A stretch of 41,263 nucleotides of DNA, from the IMG/VR virus record IMGVR_UViG_3300011013_000003, positions 1 through 41,263 of that record, one strand, 5' to 3'. Numbering within the stretch: the stretch's first letter is position 1; the number at the start of each line of letters is the position of its first letter. This document shows positions 6,720 through 17,105 of this stretch, piece by piece. Below the pieces are notes generated by a model, which did no database searches, was not told the origin of the DNA, and saw only the letters and a list, made by a program, of their open reading frames with translations. Origin of the DNA: a virus. The translations under genes were made by a program, and so were the position numbers.

Positions 6720-7811
6720 TTAGTTCCCCACTATTACCCAGTTTTCGCCAGAACCTACTGTAACAGTATGACCACTTGCTATTGTAAATGGTCCTCCAGT
6801 AACTAAGTTCATAGCATTAGTAACAGTAAAATTCCCCGCTGTTGTTTGTGCATTCTCAGACCCAACTATATTACCACCTGCATCTTCAAGACCGCCAGCT
6901 CCGCCGCCTGCTCCCCCTAATAATCGCCACCTGGAAGCTGTACCATCGTAACGTAACCTAACTGATGCACCTGCTTTAACTTCGGTGTCAGCATCATCCC
7001 CAAAATCAAAACGGTTGGCAGCAGTTGATGTAACATTATGCTTAAGAGTAATTGAAAAAGCACCATCGTTAGTAAATGCTATTTCTCTACCATCGGTTTG
7101 ACTTGCAGATATACCTGTAATGTCCCTAGCGGCATCACTATCGACACGAATTTCGGCAGCAGTACCCACACCAGTTGGCGCGTAGTTATTTTGATTAGCG
7201 GTAATTTGTGCAGGACTGATAACAGTTGTGTATATTTCTAATGTTTCTTTAGCTGCATTGGCTGTAGTATCATCTAAGAATGTTTCAGTAAAAGCAGTAG
7301 TCACCACTGCGCCGAGTGTACTTATGTCTACAAGTTCTAACGCTGTACCGGCTGCATTCCATCGTACTAATTTTAAAGCGGAGGGGTCAGGGAAATCAAC
7401 ATCTGAATTAGACGAACCTTCTGAAAATTTAATAGAACGAGAATCAACTTCTGACAATTGTTGCAGACCCATAATTACTTTATCGAATGAGTCTTCTACT
7501 ACTTCAGCATCTGATATAGAATTATTAACCAAGTCGACTAATTGCGTTAATGGCATAACACGCCTTATAATAAGCGTTTCACCTACTGCTGGGGCTGTAA
7601 CCATAGTAACTGTACCGGTAGCACCTGAGCCACCAGATACACTGTAATTTGTAGTTAACGCCTGTAAAGTCTCAACTCCGGTACTATCTACTTTTAGAAC
7701 CACTCGTAACTCTGCTTCATCAAAGAATATAAAAGTAGCGCCCAAGGCGAAAGCAACTGTGGACCCATCACCGGCCCAGGAATTTCTATTTACATTTGCA
7801 GCTACTGTCAT
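6720..7811 (-). CDS. Tail fiber or tailspike-like protein (363 aa)
   Basis: The N-terminus (WAGDGSTVAFALGATFIFFDEAELRVV ... TNYSVSG ... IIRRVMPLTQ ... DKVIMGLQQL) resembles the conserved podovirus fiber adaptor domain. Gly-rich C-terminal part. Occupies the T7 gp17 position. Confidence 0.7.
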   Translation of the reverse strand: MTVAANVNRNSWAGDGSTVAFALGATFIFFDEAELRVVLKVDSTGVETLQALTTNYSVSGGSGATGTVTMVTAPAVGETLIIRRVMPLTQLVDLVNNSISDAEVVEDSFDKVIMGLQQLSEVDSRSIKFSEGSSNSDVDFPDPSALKLVRWNAAGTALELVDISTLGAVVTTAFTETFLDDTTANAAKETLEIYTTVISPAQITANQNNYAPTGVGTAAEIRVDSDAARDITGISASQTDGREIAFTNDGAFSITLKHNVTSTAANRFDFGDDADTEVKAGASVRLRYDGTASRWRLLGGAGGGAGGLEDAGGNIVGSENAQTTAGNFTVTNAMNLVTGGPFTIASGHTVTVGSGENWVIVGN

Positions 7812-7835
7812 ATTATCACTCCACTTATATCTATA

Positions 7836-10800
7836 TTATAACCCATGCTCTAATCGCAGTTCGTTGATAGCTTGTACTCGCTGTTCTGGAGGGAGAGCCA
7901 TAATAGCACCCCTCTGTCTAGCCGCAGTAAACGCTCGCTCAAAGTACCTGCGTTGCACTAATGGGTTTAATTCTGCCCACCCAGGATTATTGATTGCTTG
8001 TTCCATTAATTGGTGTGCTAATCTTCCTGACTGCCTGGCATATACACCTTTTTGTTCCTGGTCTAATTCTACTCTGGCACTCTGACCTATTAGGCTACCT
8101 GCACTTAATTTATCGGGTGTGCCTGAAGTCGATACACCTAATCTTTCCGCTTCTAGACGTACCGGGTCTGAGCTTCTTGGTCGAACAGTAGAAGGGGAAC
8201 CTGGCCATAAGGGTTCAGCTCTTAATACTTCTTCACCAAAATCATCTATCATTATTGGCAAATCTTCTCGCACACCGGGTATTCTGCTTTGTACAGCTGC
8301 AACTACGCCATCTATCTCACGTACATAAGGGTCCATTTCTCTTGCCGGTTGTCCTAATATTCCAGGTACAAAACTCCCTACAAAAGATTCAGCCCATCGG
8401 TTACCATATCGATAAGGGTCTTGTATTGCATTTATAAAAGCAGTAGTTGATTTCAACCACGTTTTATTTTTAACAACTTCGACAGCAGCCCACATTAATG
8501 CTTCAGCCGCTTTGTCTTGCTCCTCATCATTCATCAAGTCCCATGCTTGAGATACATCAGCTGTTAAACCTATTAGTGTTCCAGCTGGTTCATATCGGTT
8601 GTATGAAATATATTCACCATCAGAAGTTTGGAACGAGTAAGGTTGGAATCCAGCATTATATTGTGCTCTCTTTTTCTTCCTGTCAGGATGGCCCGCTCCT
8701 GTTATAGAACCTTCTTGGGCTAACAAAAATAAAGGTACAGATAATGCGGTACCCATAGTTACTTCTGCTATTGCTCTATCTTTAGCTACACCACCTTTTC
8801 TAAAGTCAGCTCTCCATTGTTTGATTATAGGAGCCATAGGGCTATGCCTGAAAAATTCTCTGAATATTCCGCCTGGTGCTCTTAAGAAAGGAATTAATAA
8901 ATGCATACCAGGTAACTCATGTCTTAGATTTTCAAGTGCTTTAATGATAGGCCCTTCTTCCAAGAACACATAGCGTAGTGCATCTGCTTCTGCAGCAACT
9001 GTCATTTCTTCAGTTGGCTTTTTAACGAGTTCATTTACTCTTTGATTATATTCTTTTGAGAAAGGTTTTTTACCTTCAGATAATGCTTGCCTTGAAGCTT
9101 CAGTATATAATGAAGCACGCGAGTTCATTGAACGAGCAAGTCCATCAGTTAATGTTAGTACTTTAAATGGTCCTCGAATTACCTGCCCTAATGCGCCTGG
9201 TATCTTAGGCTGTATCTCTTGCTTACCTTTTTTAGAAACGTCAATACTTTTATAAGCTTCCCATAATCCTTTTGAAAATCCTTGCTCTGTTATATTCCTG
9301 TTTAAAAATTTACCTGCTAAAGTTATAGAATCAAAAGCGCCCATAACTAAACCATTAGTTAAAGCTATAGCATCAGTGTATGCTACTCGTTCAGGACTAT
9401 TAGGTTTTAATTTACCGTAGGTTGCTGCAACTATTTCTTTAGGTACACGCGTTGCTGCAAACATTATATTACCTAAAAAGTTAACCTGTTGTGTTGAAGG
9501 TCCAGATACCATAAATGATTTCCAACCTTCAACAATCATTTCAAAAGTAGTAGGCTTAGATAATATTCTTCCTAATTCTACCGGGCTTGTTATTTCTTGT
9601 GTTACTTTTATTAATTCTTCTACAGCAGTTTTGCCACCATATTCACTTAATCCTTTTAATGCTTCAGCTTCTTTTATTTCAATTTCTTTTATCCGACTTG
9701 TATCTTTTAATTTTTGTAATGCTCTACCTGCTTCAGCTTTACGATTAGTAAAGACAGCTTGTGCCTGGCGTGTTCTTTCCACACTGGCCATTAAATCTAA
9801 TAATTCAGTCGGTGTTGCTTTAGAACCTTTTGCATTAAGTGCATTTGCTTTTTGCCACGTTTCATTTAATAACATGGTTGTAATTTCTTTACGTGCGCGA
9901 ATCTCTGCCGTCCATTTAGCAGAGCCCGGAGCATATACGCTTTTTAATCCTTCTTCGCCTAATAATTCTCGTAAGAAAGTTGCCGCTTCTACATCAGATT
10001 GTTTCCAAGGTACTTTACCACCCTGAGATTCTTTCATCTCTAATTCATATGTTTTTGCTAATTGGTCAGCTGTTCTTTTAGGACCACCTTTCATATCAAA
10101 CAAATCATGGTTTAGTTGATGAGGCTGCCTATCACTTTTGCTAACTTGATTAACCGGGTTTAAAATATCATTAACTATTTTAGGGTCAAGTTGTACTTCA
10201 ATATTTTTATTTTGATTAATTCTTAATGGAGATTTAACATTAGCCCTATATATTTCAGGTATAGCTTCCATTCTGGGGTCTATTACCTGCTGCCATACTT
10301 GAGAATCTTTAGCGGCATCCGCCACTACTTCTTTGGGCGTTTTACCTGTTCGAGCGTATATACTCCTTAATTTAGAAGCTGTTGCTATAGAACCTTTAAA
10401 TCCTGCTAGGAGTATGGCGCCATCCAGAAAATCATCTGCATCTGGTAATTCACCTTCTAAAGCGTGAGCTACTGTTACCATAGTTGTTACCTCAGCTGCT
10501 GTTACTGCAGTGAATTTTGTTGCTGAACCTAAACCAACTTGTGTTGCTACTTGTGCAGTCTTACCACCAGCTCCTCCAGTGAAGGCACCTATGGTTGCGC
10601 CTTTAGCGGTGGCCCAGGCAGTTGCTGCTAATCGTTCTGATATTGTTTTTTTAGAGTGACCGGAAGCATACTGCTCTAATAGCCAGGTTCGGGTACCTTC
10701 TGTTAATCCAAAAGCACCAGCACCAGAACCTGCAACACCAGCGATAGGATTAACAGTAACTGCAGTGGTTGCAATACCCCCACCTATACCCCCTAAAATT

Positions 10801-11141
10801 AAAGTAGGTAAATCACCTAATACTGTTGCAGTTATCGAAGTTAGTCTTTCTGCACGAGATGCATCTTCTGCTAATATAGTATCTGGACTTTCACCACTAA
10901 ATACTAATCCAGTATTTGATTGTTCCCATCCTGCTTCAAAAGATTCCCATAACCCTTTAGCTTCTTCTACGGGGGGTGAAGGTATAGCGCGTTCAGAAAA
11001 GCCACCTACATCCAGGAAAGGAGTAAGTGCATTTCGCCTTTGATTAAAGTCAGCTACCTGTATTCCTTCTTCAGGTAAACGCTCATCAGGGCCTCCGAAA
11101 ATTGCCTGCCTTCGGATTTGTTCTTCCGTTAATTCAGACAT
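7836..11141 (-). CDS. Large internal virion (ejection/core) protein, gp16-position (1101 aa)
   Basis: Assigned from size, the position after the gp15-like gene, and a Gly/Ala-rich hydrophobic segment (LILGGIGGGIATTAVTVNPIAGVAGSGAGAFG). No SLT or lysozyme motif seen. Confidence 0.6.
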   Translation of the reverse strand: MSELTEEQIRRQAIFGGPDERLPEEGIQVADFNQRRNALTPFLDVGGFSERAIPSPPVEEAKGLWESFEAGWEQSNTGLVFSGESPDTILAEDASRAERLTSITATVLGDLPTLILGGIGGGIATTAVTVNPIAGVAGSGAGAFGLTEGTRTWLLEQYASGHSKKTISERLAATAWATAKGATIGAFTGGAGGKTAQVATQVGLGSATKFTAVTAAEVTTMVTVAHALEGELPDADDFLDGAILLAGFKGSIATASKLRSIYARTGKTPKEVVADAAKDSQVWQQVIDPRMEAIPEIYRANVKSPLRINQNKNIEVQLDPKIVNDILNPVNQVSKSDRQPHQLNHDLFDMKGGPKRTADQLAKTYELEMKESQGGKVPWKQSDVEAATFLRELLGEEGLKSVYAPGSAKWTAEIRARKEITTMLLNETWQKANALNAKGSKATPTELLDLMASVERTRQAQAVFTNRKAEAGRALQKLKDTSRIKEIEIKEAEALKGLSEYGGKTAVEELIKVTQEITSPVELGRILSKPTTFEMIVEGWKSFMVSGPSTQQVNFLGNIMFAATRVPKEIVAATYGKLKPNSPERVAYTDAIALTNGLVMGAFDSITLAGKFLNRNITEQGFSKGLWEAYKSIDVSKKGKQEIQPKIPGALGQVIRGPFKVLTLTDGLARSMNSRASLYTEASRQALSEGKKPFSKEYNQRVNELVKKPTEEMTVAAEADALRYVFLEEGPIIKALENLRHELPGMHLLIPFLRAPGGIFREFFRHSPMAPIIKQWRADFRKGGVAKDRAIAEVTMGTALSVPLFLLAQEGSITGAGHPDRKKKRAQYNAGFQPYSFQTSDGEYISYNRYEPAGTLIGLTADVSQAWDLMNDEEQDKAAEALMWAAVEVVKNKTWLKSTTAFINAIQDPYRYGNRWAESFVGSFVPGILGQPAREMDPYVREIDGVVAAVQSRIPGVREDLPIMIDDFGEEVLRAEPLWPGSPSTVRPRSSDPVRLEAERLGVSTSGTPDKLSAGSLIGQSARVELDQEQKGVYARQSGRLAHQLMEQAINNPGWAELNPLVQRRYFERAFTAARQRGAIMALPPEQRVQAINELRLEHGL

Positions 11142-12682
11142 TATTCAAGTCCTTGGATGGTGCCGCCTAATTCTGTTTCTTCGCCGAGACCAAAATTCTG
11201 CTTTTCTTTAGTAGAAGGAGCCCAGCTATTAACTACATCATTCGGGTCTCCACCTATGTACTCATATCCATTTACTACATCACCTACTTCTAAACTTTGT
11301 AATGATGTTCTAAGGCCAGTACCTGCAGAAATTAGATTTAGATTTCTTCCTATACGTCTTACATCTTTTTCAAATTCACCGTCTTTATAATAATCGATAG
11401 GATTTTTACCGTTATCTTTATATTCTTGTTCTCGCTCACGAGTTAATGTTTCTAATTCTACGTTAGCTTTAGCAAAACCTGGAATCATCTGTGCCATTTG
11501 TGGTGGCACATCCATTAAGCCCGGTACGTTTCTTAATGATACACCACGTACAGCTTTAAGAGCAGTATTACCCTCCTTAGCTTTTTCCATCCATCGTTCA
11601 TAATCGCTGCCTGACATTGGCCTGTCGGGGTCTGCCATTATCTCAGTTAATTCTTCTGGAGTAATGGTATCTAATCTTGATACTACATCAAGAGATACAT
11701 CATTTGCAGTTTGTATACTTGGTGTTTTAGCTTCTTGCTCAATTACATTATATAAACCTTGAACTTGCCCTGGTGTTAATACTGGGTCTCCATCTGAATG
11801 CGATTGTAAAGCTAATTCAGTCACTTGAGCTGCTGTTAATTTTTCATTAGGGTCTTGACTGAATGCACTTATTATCGCATCATTCATAACCTGGTTATTC
11901 GTTATCGCTTTATTTTTAGCGAACTCAGCTTTTTCAATTCTCTTTTCAGCAGCTAAACCTTTTATTCTAGTATTAGCTTGACCTATTAATACTGCTTTAT
12001 TATCCGCTTCAATGAACTCATCAAGTTCACCGTCTTGTAATAATTTTTTGGCACCTTCCGGGTCTAACTCTATCCATCCTCTAGCAGCATTTTTAGCAGC
12101 TTCAGCATTTAATTTTCTTTTTAGTTCACCTTTTAAATTAGGTGGTATATCTAATTCATCAACAAAATTATTTTGTTCTGAAACAATATCAAGAAGAACA
12201 TCTGGGGTTTGTTGTAATATAACGCCGTTAGATTGTATAATTTGTTGAGAAGCGTCTTTAGCTGCTTTGCCTACTAAAGCTACATCATGTGTTCTAGCTT
12301 CATGTAATGCCGCTGCTCTAATATTAGCACTCGTAGTATCGGCTAATATTCTTCCTCGTCTAGTTTCTCTATTAGAACGAATGCCACTAACTTCTTCATC
12401 TAATATTTCTTTTGTTCTATCTGCTAAAGGTTGACCATCCTGTTTTAATACATCTATTTTTTCTCGGATACGTTCCCTGGTTAGGGCTGCATCTCTATAC
12501 GTATTTATTAAGTCACGTTGTTCATTAGCTTGTAAAACTCGTCTTGATTCTTTAGCTAAAACTTCTCCAGTTTCAACAAGACCGGCAGCACTACGCCCTC
12601 CAAAATCAGACTCTGTAGCAGAAGCTGAAGCAGGTATTATTTGGGGGCCTGGGTCGGCTGTGTAATTTTTAAAGACGCCCAT
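11141..12682 (-). CDS. Internal virion protein, gp15-position (513 aa)
   Basis: Assigned from synteny. Helical, charged composition. ATGA-type overlap at both ends. Confidence 0.5.
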   Translation of the reverse strand: MGVFKNYTADPGPQIIPASASATESDFGGRSAAGLVETGEVLAKESRRVLQANEQRDLINTYRDAALTRERIREKIDVLKQDGQPLADRTKEILDEEVSGIRSNRETRRGRILADTTSANIRAAALHEARTHDVALVGKAAKDASQQIIQSNGVILQQTPDVLLDIVSEQNNFVDELDIPPNLKGELKRKLNAEAAKNAARGWIELDPEGAKKLLQDGELDEFIEADNKAVLIGQANTRIKGLAAEKRIEKAEFAKNKAITNNQVMNDAIISAFSQDPNEKLTAAQVTELALQSHSDGDPVLTPGQVQGLYNVIEQEAKTPSIQTANDVSLDVVSRLDTITPEELTEIMADPDRPMSGSDYERWMEKAKEGNTALKAVRGVSLRNVPGLMDVPPQMAQMIPGFAKANVELETLTREREQEYKDNGKNPIDYYKDGEFEKDVRRIGRNLNLISAGTGLRTSLQSLEVGDVVNGYEYIGGDPNDVVNSWAPSTKEKQNFGLGEETELGGTIQGLE

Positions 12683-13167
12683 TATCCGGTCCTCGTTAAT
12701 TTAGCATCACCATATATGTCTCCATATTGGGTATACCCTTGCGAAGCTCCACTTAATAAAGCTGAACCTGCTTTGAAATAACTTGCTGTGACTGCCTCAT
12801 CGCCTCTACTCCTTTCTAGATTTGCTGTGTCAGTAAAACCTATTGCTCTTAATTCTCCAGCATAAATAGCATTTTGTTTATCTAATTCCCCTTGTGTTAC
12901 TATATCGCCTAGTACTTCAATAGCACTTCCTTCCTGCCTTATTCCGGCTCCACCAATCTTAGCTATTATAGAACCTACTCTTAAATGATTTATTCTACTT
13001 ATTCTGTTTGCTTCTGCAGTAGCCTGGTCTCTCGCTATATTAGCATTCCGGGTAGCTATGCTTGCATTATACTCGTGCGCTCTCTTAGCTGCCCTACCTT
13101 GACGTATAGCACCTATTACTCCTACCGCTGTACTTATTCCGGTTAATATTAGCGGAGCCGCAGCCAT
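12682..13167 (-). CDS. Internal virion protein, gp14-position (161 aa) with an N-terminal TM segment
   Basis: Hydrophobic N-terminus MAAAPLILTGISTAVGVIGAI. Assigned from synteny. Confidence 0.5.
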   Translation of the reverse strand: MAAAPLILTGISTAVGVIGAIRQGRAAKRAHEYNASIATRNANIARDQATAEANRISRINHLRVGSIIAKIGGAGIRQEGSAIEVLGDIVTQGELDKQNAIYAGELRAIGFTDTANLERSRGDEAVTASYFKAGSALLSGASQGYTQYGDIYGDAKLTRTG

Positions 13168-13619
13168 TATTTATTTATCCTCACGTAAGCAATATGGTCC
13201 TCACCTTCAGGCCCATACTGTTTTAATATTCCAGGTTTATTTTCTATTTCAAAGCCTAACATCTTAGCCCATCTATGCCCCTCTTTAAAATCTGCTCGTA
13301 CTGTTATATCTATTCTACCTTTTACATCAGGTATAAATATCTTTAGTATACGAGTTAATCTTATCATATATTTGCTGGACCGTTGAGTTACAAACATCCA
13401 GCCAATATACCTCCTTTCCCATTGTTTTAGAAAACCTCCGCAGGCTATTACTTCGCCCCCATTATCAAACAAAGTCCAACAGTCTTGTGTTTCTAATAGC
13501 CTTGTTGCATTTTTGTCTGTTACTACTCCTTTTGAAAAACCATCTACTGCATCGGTGTTTTCTAGAGCATCCATATGCCATGCTTCAAATGGTACTAATT
13601 TAATTTCATTATGAGTCAT
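13167..13619 (-). CDS. GNAT-fold-like protein in the gp13 position (150 aa)
   Basis: The C-terminal HRWAKMLGFE and the preceding beta-strand pattern resemble acetyltransferase-fold proteins. This is a weak, motif-only call. Confidence 0.4.
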   Translation of the reverse strand: MTHNEIKLVPFEAWHMDALENTDAVDGFSKGVVTDKNATRLLETQDCWTLFDNGGEVIACGGFLKQWERRYIGWMFVTQRSSKYMIRLTRILKIFIPDVKGRIDITVRADFKEGHRWAKMLGFEIENKPGILKQYGPEGEDHIAYVRINK

Positions 13620-15906
13620 CTTCAGTGGTTCCTTGCGGCATGATAGCTAAAACAGTCGCTGGTGCTGTCGTATCCGCTCGAAAATAAACTTGACCTAATC
13701 TGTCTGTTTGAGATTCGAAAGACTTACGAACAACTCCAGTAAACAATTGTGTAGCTTCTCCCCACTTTGCTCCCCACTCTCTTACTAATATTTCTGTTAA
13801 GTTATCGGCATCCTTACCATACTTTATTCCTAAAGTATCCATTAACCAAAATCCAATTCTATTTATCTTTTTCTTTTTACCTTGGGAGGAACCATCTTTC
13901 GCTCCTGCATCAAAAGGCATTAATTCTCCATCACTATTAAATCCATAGCCTAGTGTAACTACACTGTAGGTTGAATCTAAAGTGGCTTTACCATTCGATA
14001 CTGTAACATCCGGGTGAACAGTTCCGTCAGCCCATACAGCTAGTGTTTCACCTTCTAAATAGTGTAGCCCGGTAACTCCACTTGCTGCTGGACTTAACAC
14101 ATACGTAGCACCACAATCAACATGAAAGGCATCTATTTGCTCATCCCCACTTTCCCATACTTTAGATATTATTTCTATATATCTTTCTGTGGTTCCATTC
14201 ACGTATCTTTTAACTATAGCATAAACTTCATCATAAGTACCATCTGTAGAAGGTATTGTCTCTATACTTTCTATAACAGAGTTGCCCCCACTTGCATCAC
14301 CATCTCCTGATAAAACATGTCTTCCCCAGGCTAATACATTTTGGTCTCTTACATAAGTAAAAGATAAAAGCACACCATCAGAGCGTAAGCACCATATTAT
14401 AGATTGGGGTTCTTGCTGATATGATAAATAATTTAACTGAGGTCTGGTTATATGTTCTGCTAGTAGAGACATATCAGGTGAACGGAATCCATCAGACTCA
14501 AATACATAGGCTAACTCTCTTAACTTTCTCCCTGATTTTTGTACATATAAAACAGCATTACCTACCTTAACAGGTTGAATGTCTTTACTACCATATGTAG
14601 AAGATTGTTTAGCTGTAATGTTGGAAGGTGTTAATGCTTCACCTAATGATGAAGGTCGCACTACCCACTCACCACCTATCGTTCCTACAAGTAAACCTTT
14701 TTCATCTATTTGTAACCATTTAATTATATTTATTTGTCCGCCGGCTAAAGTAAACGATATTGCATTATCATCTGCTACAGTACCATCAGGTGCTGAAGGT
14801 GTGAAGTCTGCATATAATGCAGTCCTTGAACCATCAATTCTTAATCCTACAGTTTCAGCTCCTGCTAACCATAATCTGTCTTCATAAAAAATAGCTGTTG
14901 TAGCGTGTCCTGTAGTATCAGAAAATACACCTAAACGCCAATCTTCTGTTGCTGTCCCGGCAGAAGCATTAGGTCCATATATAGTTGCTGTTATAGAAGT
15001 TGTTGATGCTCGTGCTGTTATTTCTAACCAGGTCCAATTACCAGCTGGGTCTTTCCATCTTATCAATCGACCAACATCTGTTGTTAAAAATCCCTGACCG
15101 TTATTTATTCCTGTTATAGCGGATGCAGTAACAGTTACACTTCCTGAAGTTCCACTTAATGCTAGTGTTGTGGTTGCCGCATTTAAGGGTAAGTAAGGCC
15201 CATCTATAAAAGACACATCTAATAAGGACCAAGATAAAGCTGAATTACGTATCAGTTTAGCCGTATGATGGTCTGTATGTAATAAATATAATTCATCAGC
15301 TGATTGTTGAAAATTTATATCACCTACTTCTGTTTCAGTATACGTTGTCGTTATTTCGAATATTTCAGCTGCAGTTCCACCAGATGAGTATGCATCATAG
15401 TTTGTTGTATTTATGTTATTCCCATAAATATCTGTTAATTCAAAAGTGTTTGTTGCTTTATTAGCAACTATTACTTCTCTTTCATTTAACTGAGATACGC
15501 CTCCTCCATCAGGAAGTATAAGCCTATCACCATTATTATATCCATGTCCAGCTATGGTGACAACACCTGGGTTTGCTGCAGTTATATTCGTTATGTTTTG
15601 GGTTGCATTAGTTAATATTCCACCTTGAGTAAAGAACCGGATATATAAATCACCAAACTCAAGCATGTAAGATTGGTCTGCATTAAATTGAAATCTGATT
15701 AAGCGGGATTCTTTTGTGCCGCCAAACTTTGTTGATTTAAGATAGGTAGAACCACCTCTCCTGGTCCATGCCCCTTGAGCTAATAGTAATGCATTAAGGC
15801 ACGTAGCTAATCCACTAGCAGACTTATCTATATCTTGTCTACCGAGCATTAGAGGAGATAACTCTCCTGCATTAAAAGCGTGCTGTTGAATACTTGCCTT
15901 AGCCAT
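13609..15906 (-). CDS. Tail tubular B / nozzle-like protein (765 aa)
   Basis: Size and position match T7 gp12. The N-terminus FNAGELSPLMLGRQDIDKS is typical of podovirus nozzle or 'stabilisation'-type proteins as I recall them. Confidence 0.6.
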   Translation of the reverse strand: MAKASIQQHAFNAGELSPLMLGRQDIDKSASGLATCLNALLLAQGAWTRRGGSTYLKSTKFGGTKESRLIRFQFNADQSYMLEFGDLYIRFFTQGGILTNATQNITNITAANPGVVTIAGHGYNNGDRLILPDGGGVSQLNEREVIVANKATNTFELTDIYGNNINTTNYDAYSSGGTAAEIFEITTTYTETEVGDINFQQSADELYLLHTDHHTAKLIRNSALSWSLLDVSFIDGPYLPLNAATTTLALSGTSGSVTVTASAITGINNGQGFLTTDVGRLIRWKDPAGNWTWLEITARASTTSITATIYGPNASAGTATEDWRLGVFSDTTGHATTAIFYEDRLWLAGAETVGLRIDGSRTALYADFTPSAPDGTVADDNAISFTLAGGQINIIKWLQIDEKGLLVGTIGGEWVVRPSSLGEALTPSNITAKQSSTYGSKDIQPVKVGNAVLYVQKSGRKLRELAYVFESDGFRSPDMSLLAEHITRPQLNYLSYQQEPQSIIWCLRSDGVLLSFTYVRDQNVLAWGRHVLSGDGDASGGNSVIESIETIPSTDGTYDEVYAIVKRYVNGTTERYIEIISKVWESGDEQIDAFHVDCGATYVLSPAASGVTGLHYLEGETLAVWADGTVHPDVTVSNGKATLDSTYSVVTLGYGFNSDGELMPFDAGAKDGSSQGKKKKINRIGFWLMDTLGIKYGKDADNLTEILVREWGAKWGEATQLFTGVVRKSFESQTDRLGQVYFRADTTAPATVLAIMPQGTTEDDS

Positions 15907-15910
15907 AAGA

Positions 15911-16489
15911 TTACCTCATCGCTATTAGCCAATCATCCTCAAGCGGTATACTGGAATCATTTTCTATGGCATTTGTTTGTCTAGCAGAAGCAATAACACC
16001 TCGTAAGTCTAGCACTAAATCATTTTTTCTTTTATTGCTTCCGGTTACATCTAAACATGTTTCTGATGCTATAAGCGTTGCTAATGCTTCATCAAATATA
16101 GCATCGAATAAAGCAGTATTAGTTACCTTGGCTATGTATCTAAATTGAAGTGGGGCAGCATCAGCAGTAACAATATAATCACCTTCTATTGTCCAATCAT
16201 GCCTAACATCTTGAGCGCTAGATTCTTTGTTTCTTAACAGACGTAAAAAATCATTCGGTTTTTGAAAGCGATTCAATTCTCCGTAGGTTGTCTGCTCTGA
16301 GCTGGCGGCAATAGAAGCCCTGGCTTTACAAAAATTCCAGGTGTACTGCCTTTGCAATTTATCTCTTAAAGGAGTGTACGCAGTATTCATACTACGCGCA
16401 TTTGGACTGTCTTCAGTAAGACTTTCGATTCCAGATTCACCCATTTTTTGGAGTGCTCTGTTTGCTATGGAGACCTCAGATGTAGCCAT
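15911..16489 (-). CDS. Tail tubular A / adaptor-like protein (192 aa)
   Basis: Size and position match T7 gp11. The N-terminus IANRALQKMGESGIESL...YTWNF resembles podovirus adaptor proteins. Confidence 0.55.
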   Translation of the reverse strand: MATSEVSIANRALQKMGESGIESLTEDSPNARSMNTAYTPLRDKLQRQYTWNFCKARASIAASSEQTTYGELNRFQKPNDFLRLLRNKESSAQDVRHDWTIEGDYIVTADAAPLQFRYIAKVTNTALFDAIFDEALATLIASETCLDVTGSNKRKNDLVLDLRGVIASARQTNAIENDSSIPLEDDWLIAMR

Positions 16490-16505
16490 TAATGGCCTCC
16501 TTTAA

Positions 16506-16838
16506 TTAACTTGTTGCTTTAAATAAAAATGATGCGTCTACGTCAGTTCCGGTACCACCAGTTGTTTCGGGCCTAAAGCTTAAAGTGTTATGCGTAGGTG
16601 TAATCAACCCTGCTGCCGTTAATCCTGTACCTTCTACATCCTCATAATTAGTGCCATCAATAGACCCTTGGGCCTTTACAGTAGCACCTCCAAATGTTCC
16701 AGTTACTTGTGCCGAAACTAATTCGTAGCCGGTAGGAGGGGTGTAAGACGCGCCTACATCAGCGTTTCCTAATCCTTCCCATGTTACAACTAAGTACCCA
16801 TGTTGCCTGTCCTGGCTTGCTATATTAACAGTAGCCAT
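16506..16838 (-). CDS. Hypothetical structural-module protein (110 aa)
   Basis: ORF track. Sits in the operon between the capsid and tail genes. Confidence 0.6.
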   Translation of the reverse strand: MATVNIASQDRQHGYLVVTWEGLGNADVGASYTPPTGYELVSAQVTGTFGGATVKAQGSIDGTNYEDVEGTGLTAAGLITPTHNTLSFRPETTGGTGTDVDASFLFKATS

Positions 16839-16841
16839 GTA

Positions 16842-17078
16842 TTAAGAACTCGTTGTTACGGGCCAAACTTTAGCATTTTCGATTCTTTTCTTTATAAGGT
16901 CAAGAGCCGCTAACAGTCTTTGCTTACCTTCTTGAGTAGAACCATAAACAGAATCATCAAATACAACTTGTGCAGTTTGACTTCCTGATAGGGTACCACC
17001 AGACGCAGCAAAAACCACATCACTTCCTACAAGTTGCGGACCATCAGCTGCTACTATTCCTGCATATCGTGTTGCCAT
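16842..17078 (-). CDS. Hypothetical structural-module protein (78 aa)
   Basis: ORF track. First gene after the post-capsid hairpin. Confidence 0.55.
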   Translation of the reverse strand: MATRYAGIVAADGPQLVGSDVVFAASGGTLSGSQTAQVVFDDSVYGSTQEGKQRLLAALDLIKKRIENAKVWPVTTSS

Positions 17079-17105
17079 TTACTTTACCTCTTTAGTTCTA
17101 GGCTT

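Noticed and set aside
5156-7811. A diversity-generating retroelement or an invertible (shufflon-type) cassette acting on the fiber paralogs.
   Set aside because: There is no reverse transcriptase, no template repeat with adenine-specific differences, and no invertase. All paralogs are in the same orientation and are not flanked by inverted repeats.
7228-10026. Plus-strand ORFs from the track lying inside the minus-strand structural genes (for example 7228-7647, 7759-8085, 8119-8707 and 9631-10026).
   Set aside because: They are antisense to long, motif-bearing or syntenic genes. Their composition is low-complexity and Ser/Leu/Pro-rich, they have no RBS, and they have no operon logic. They are typical shadow ORFs.
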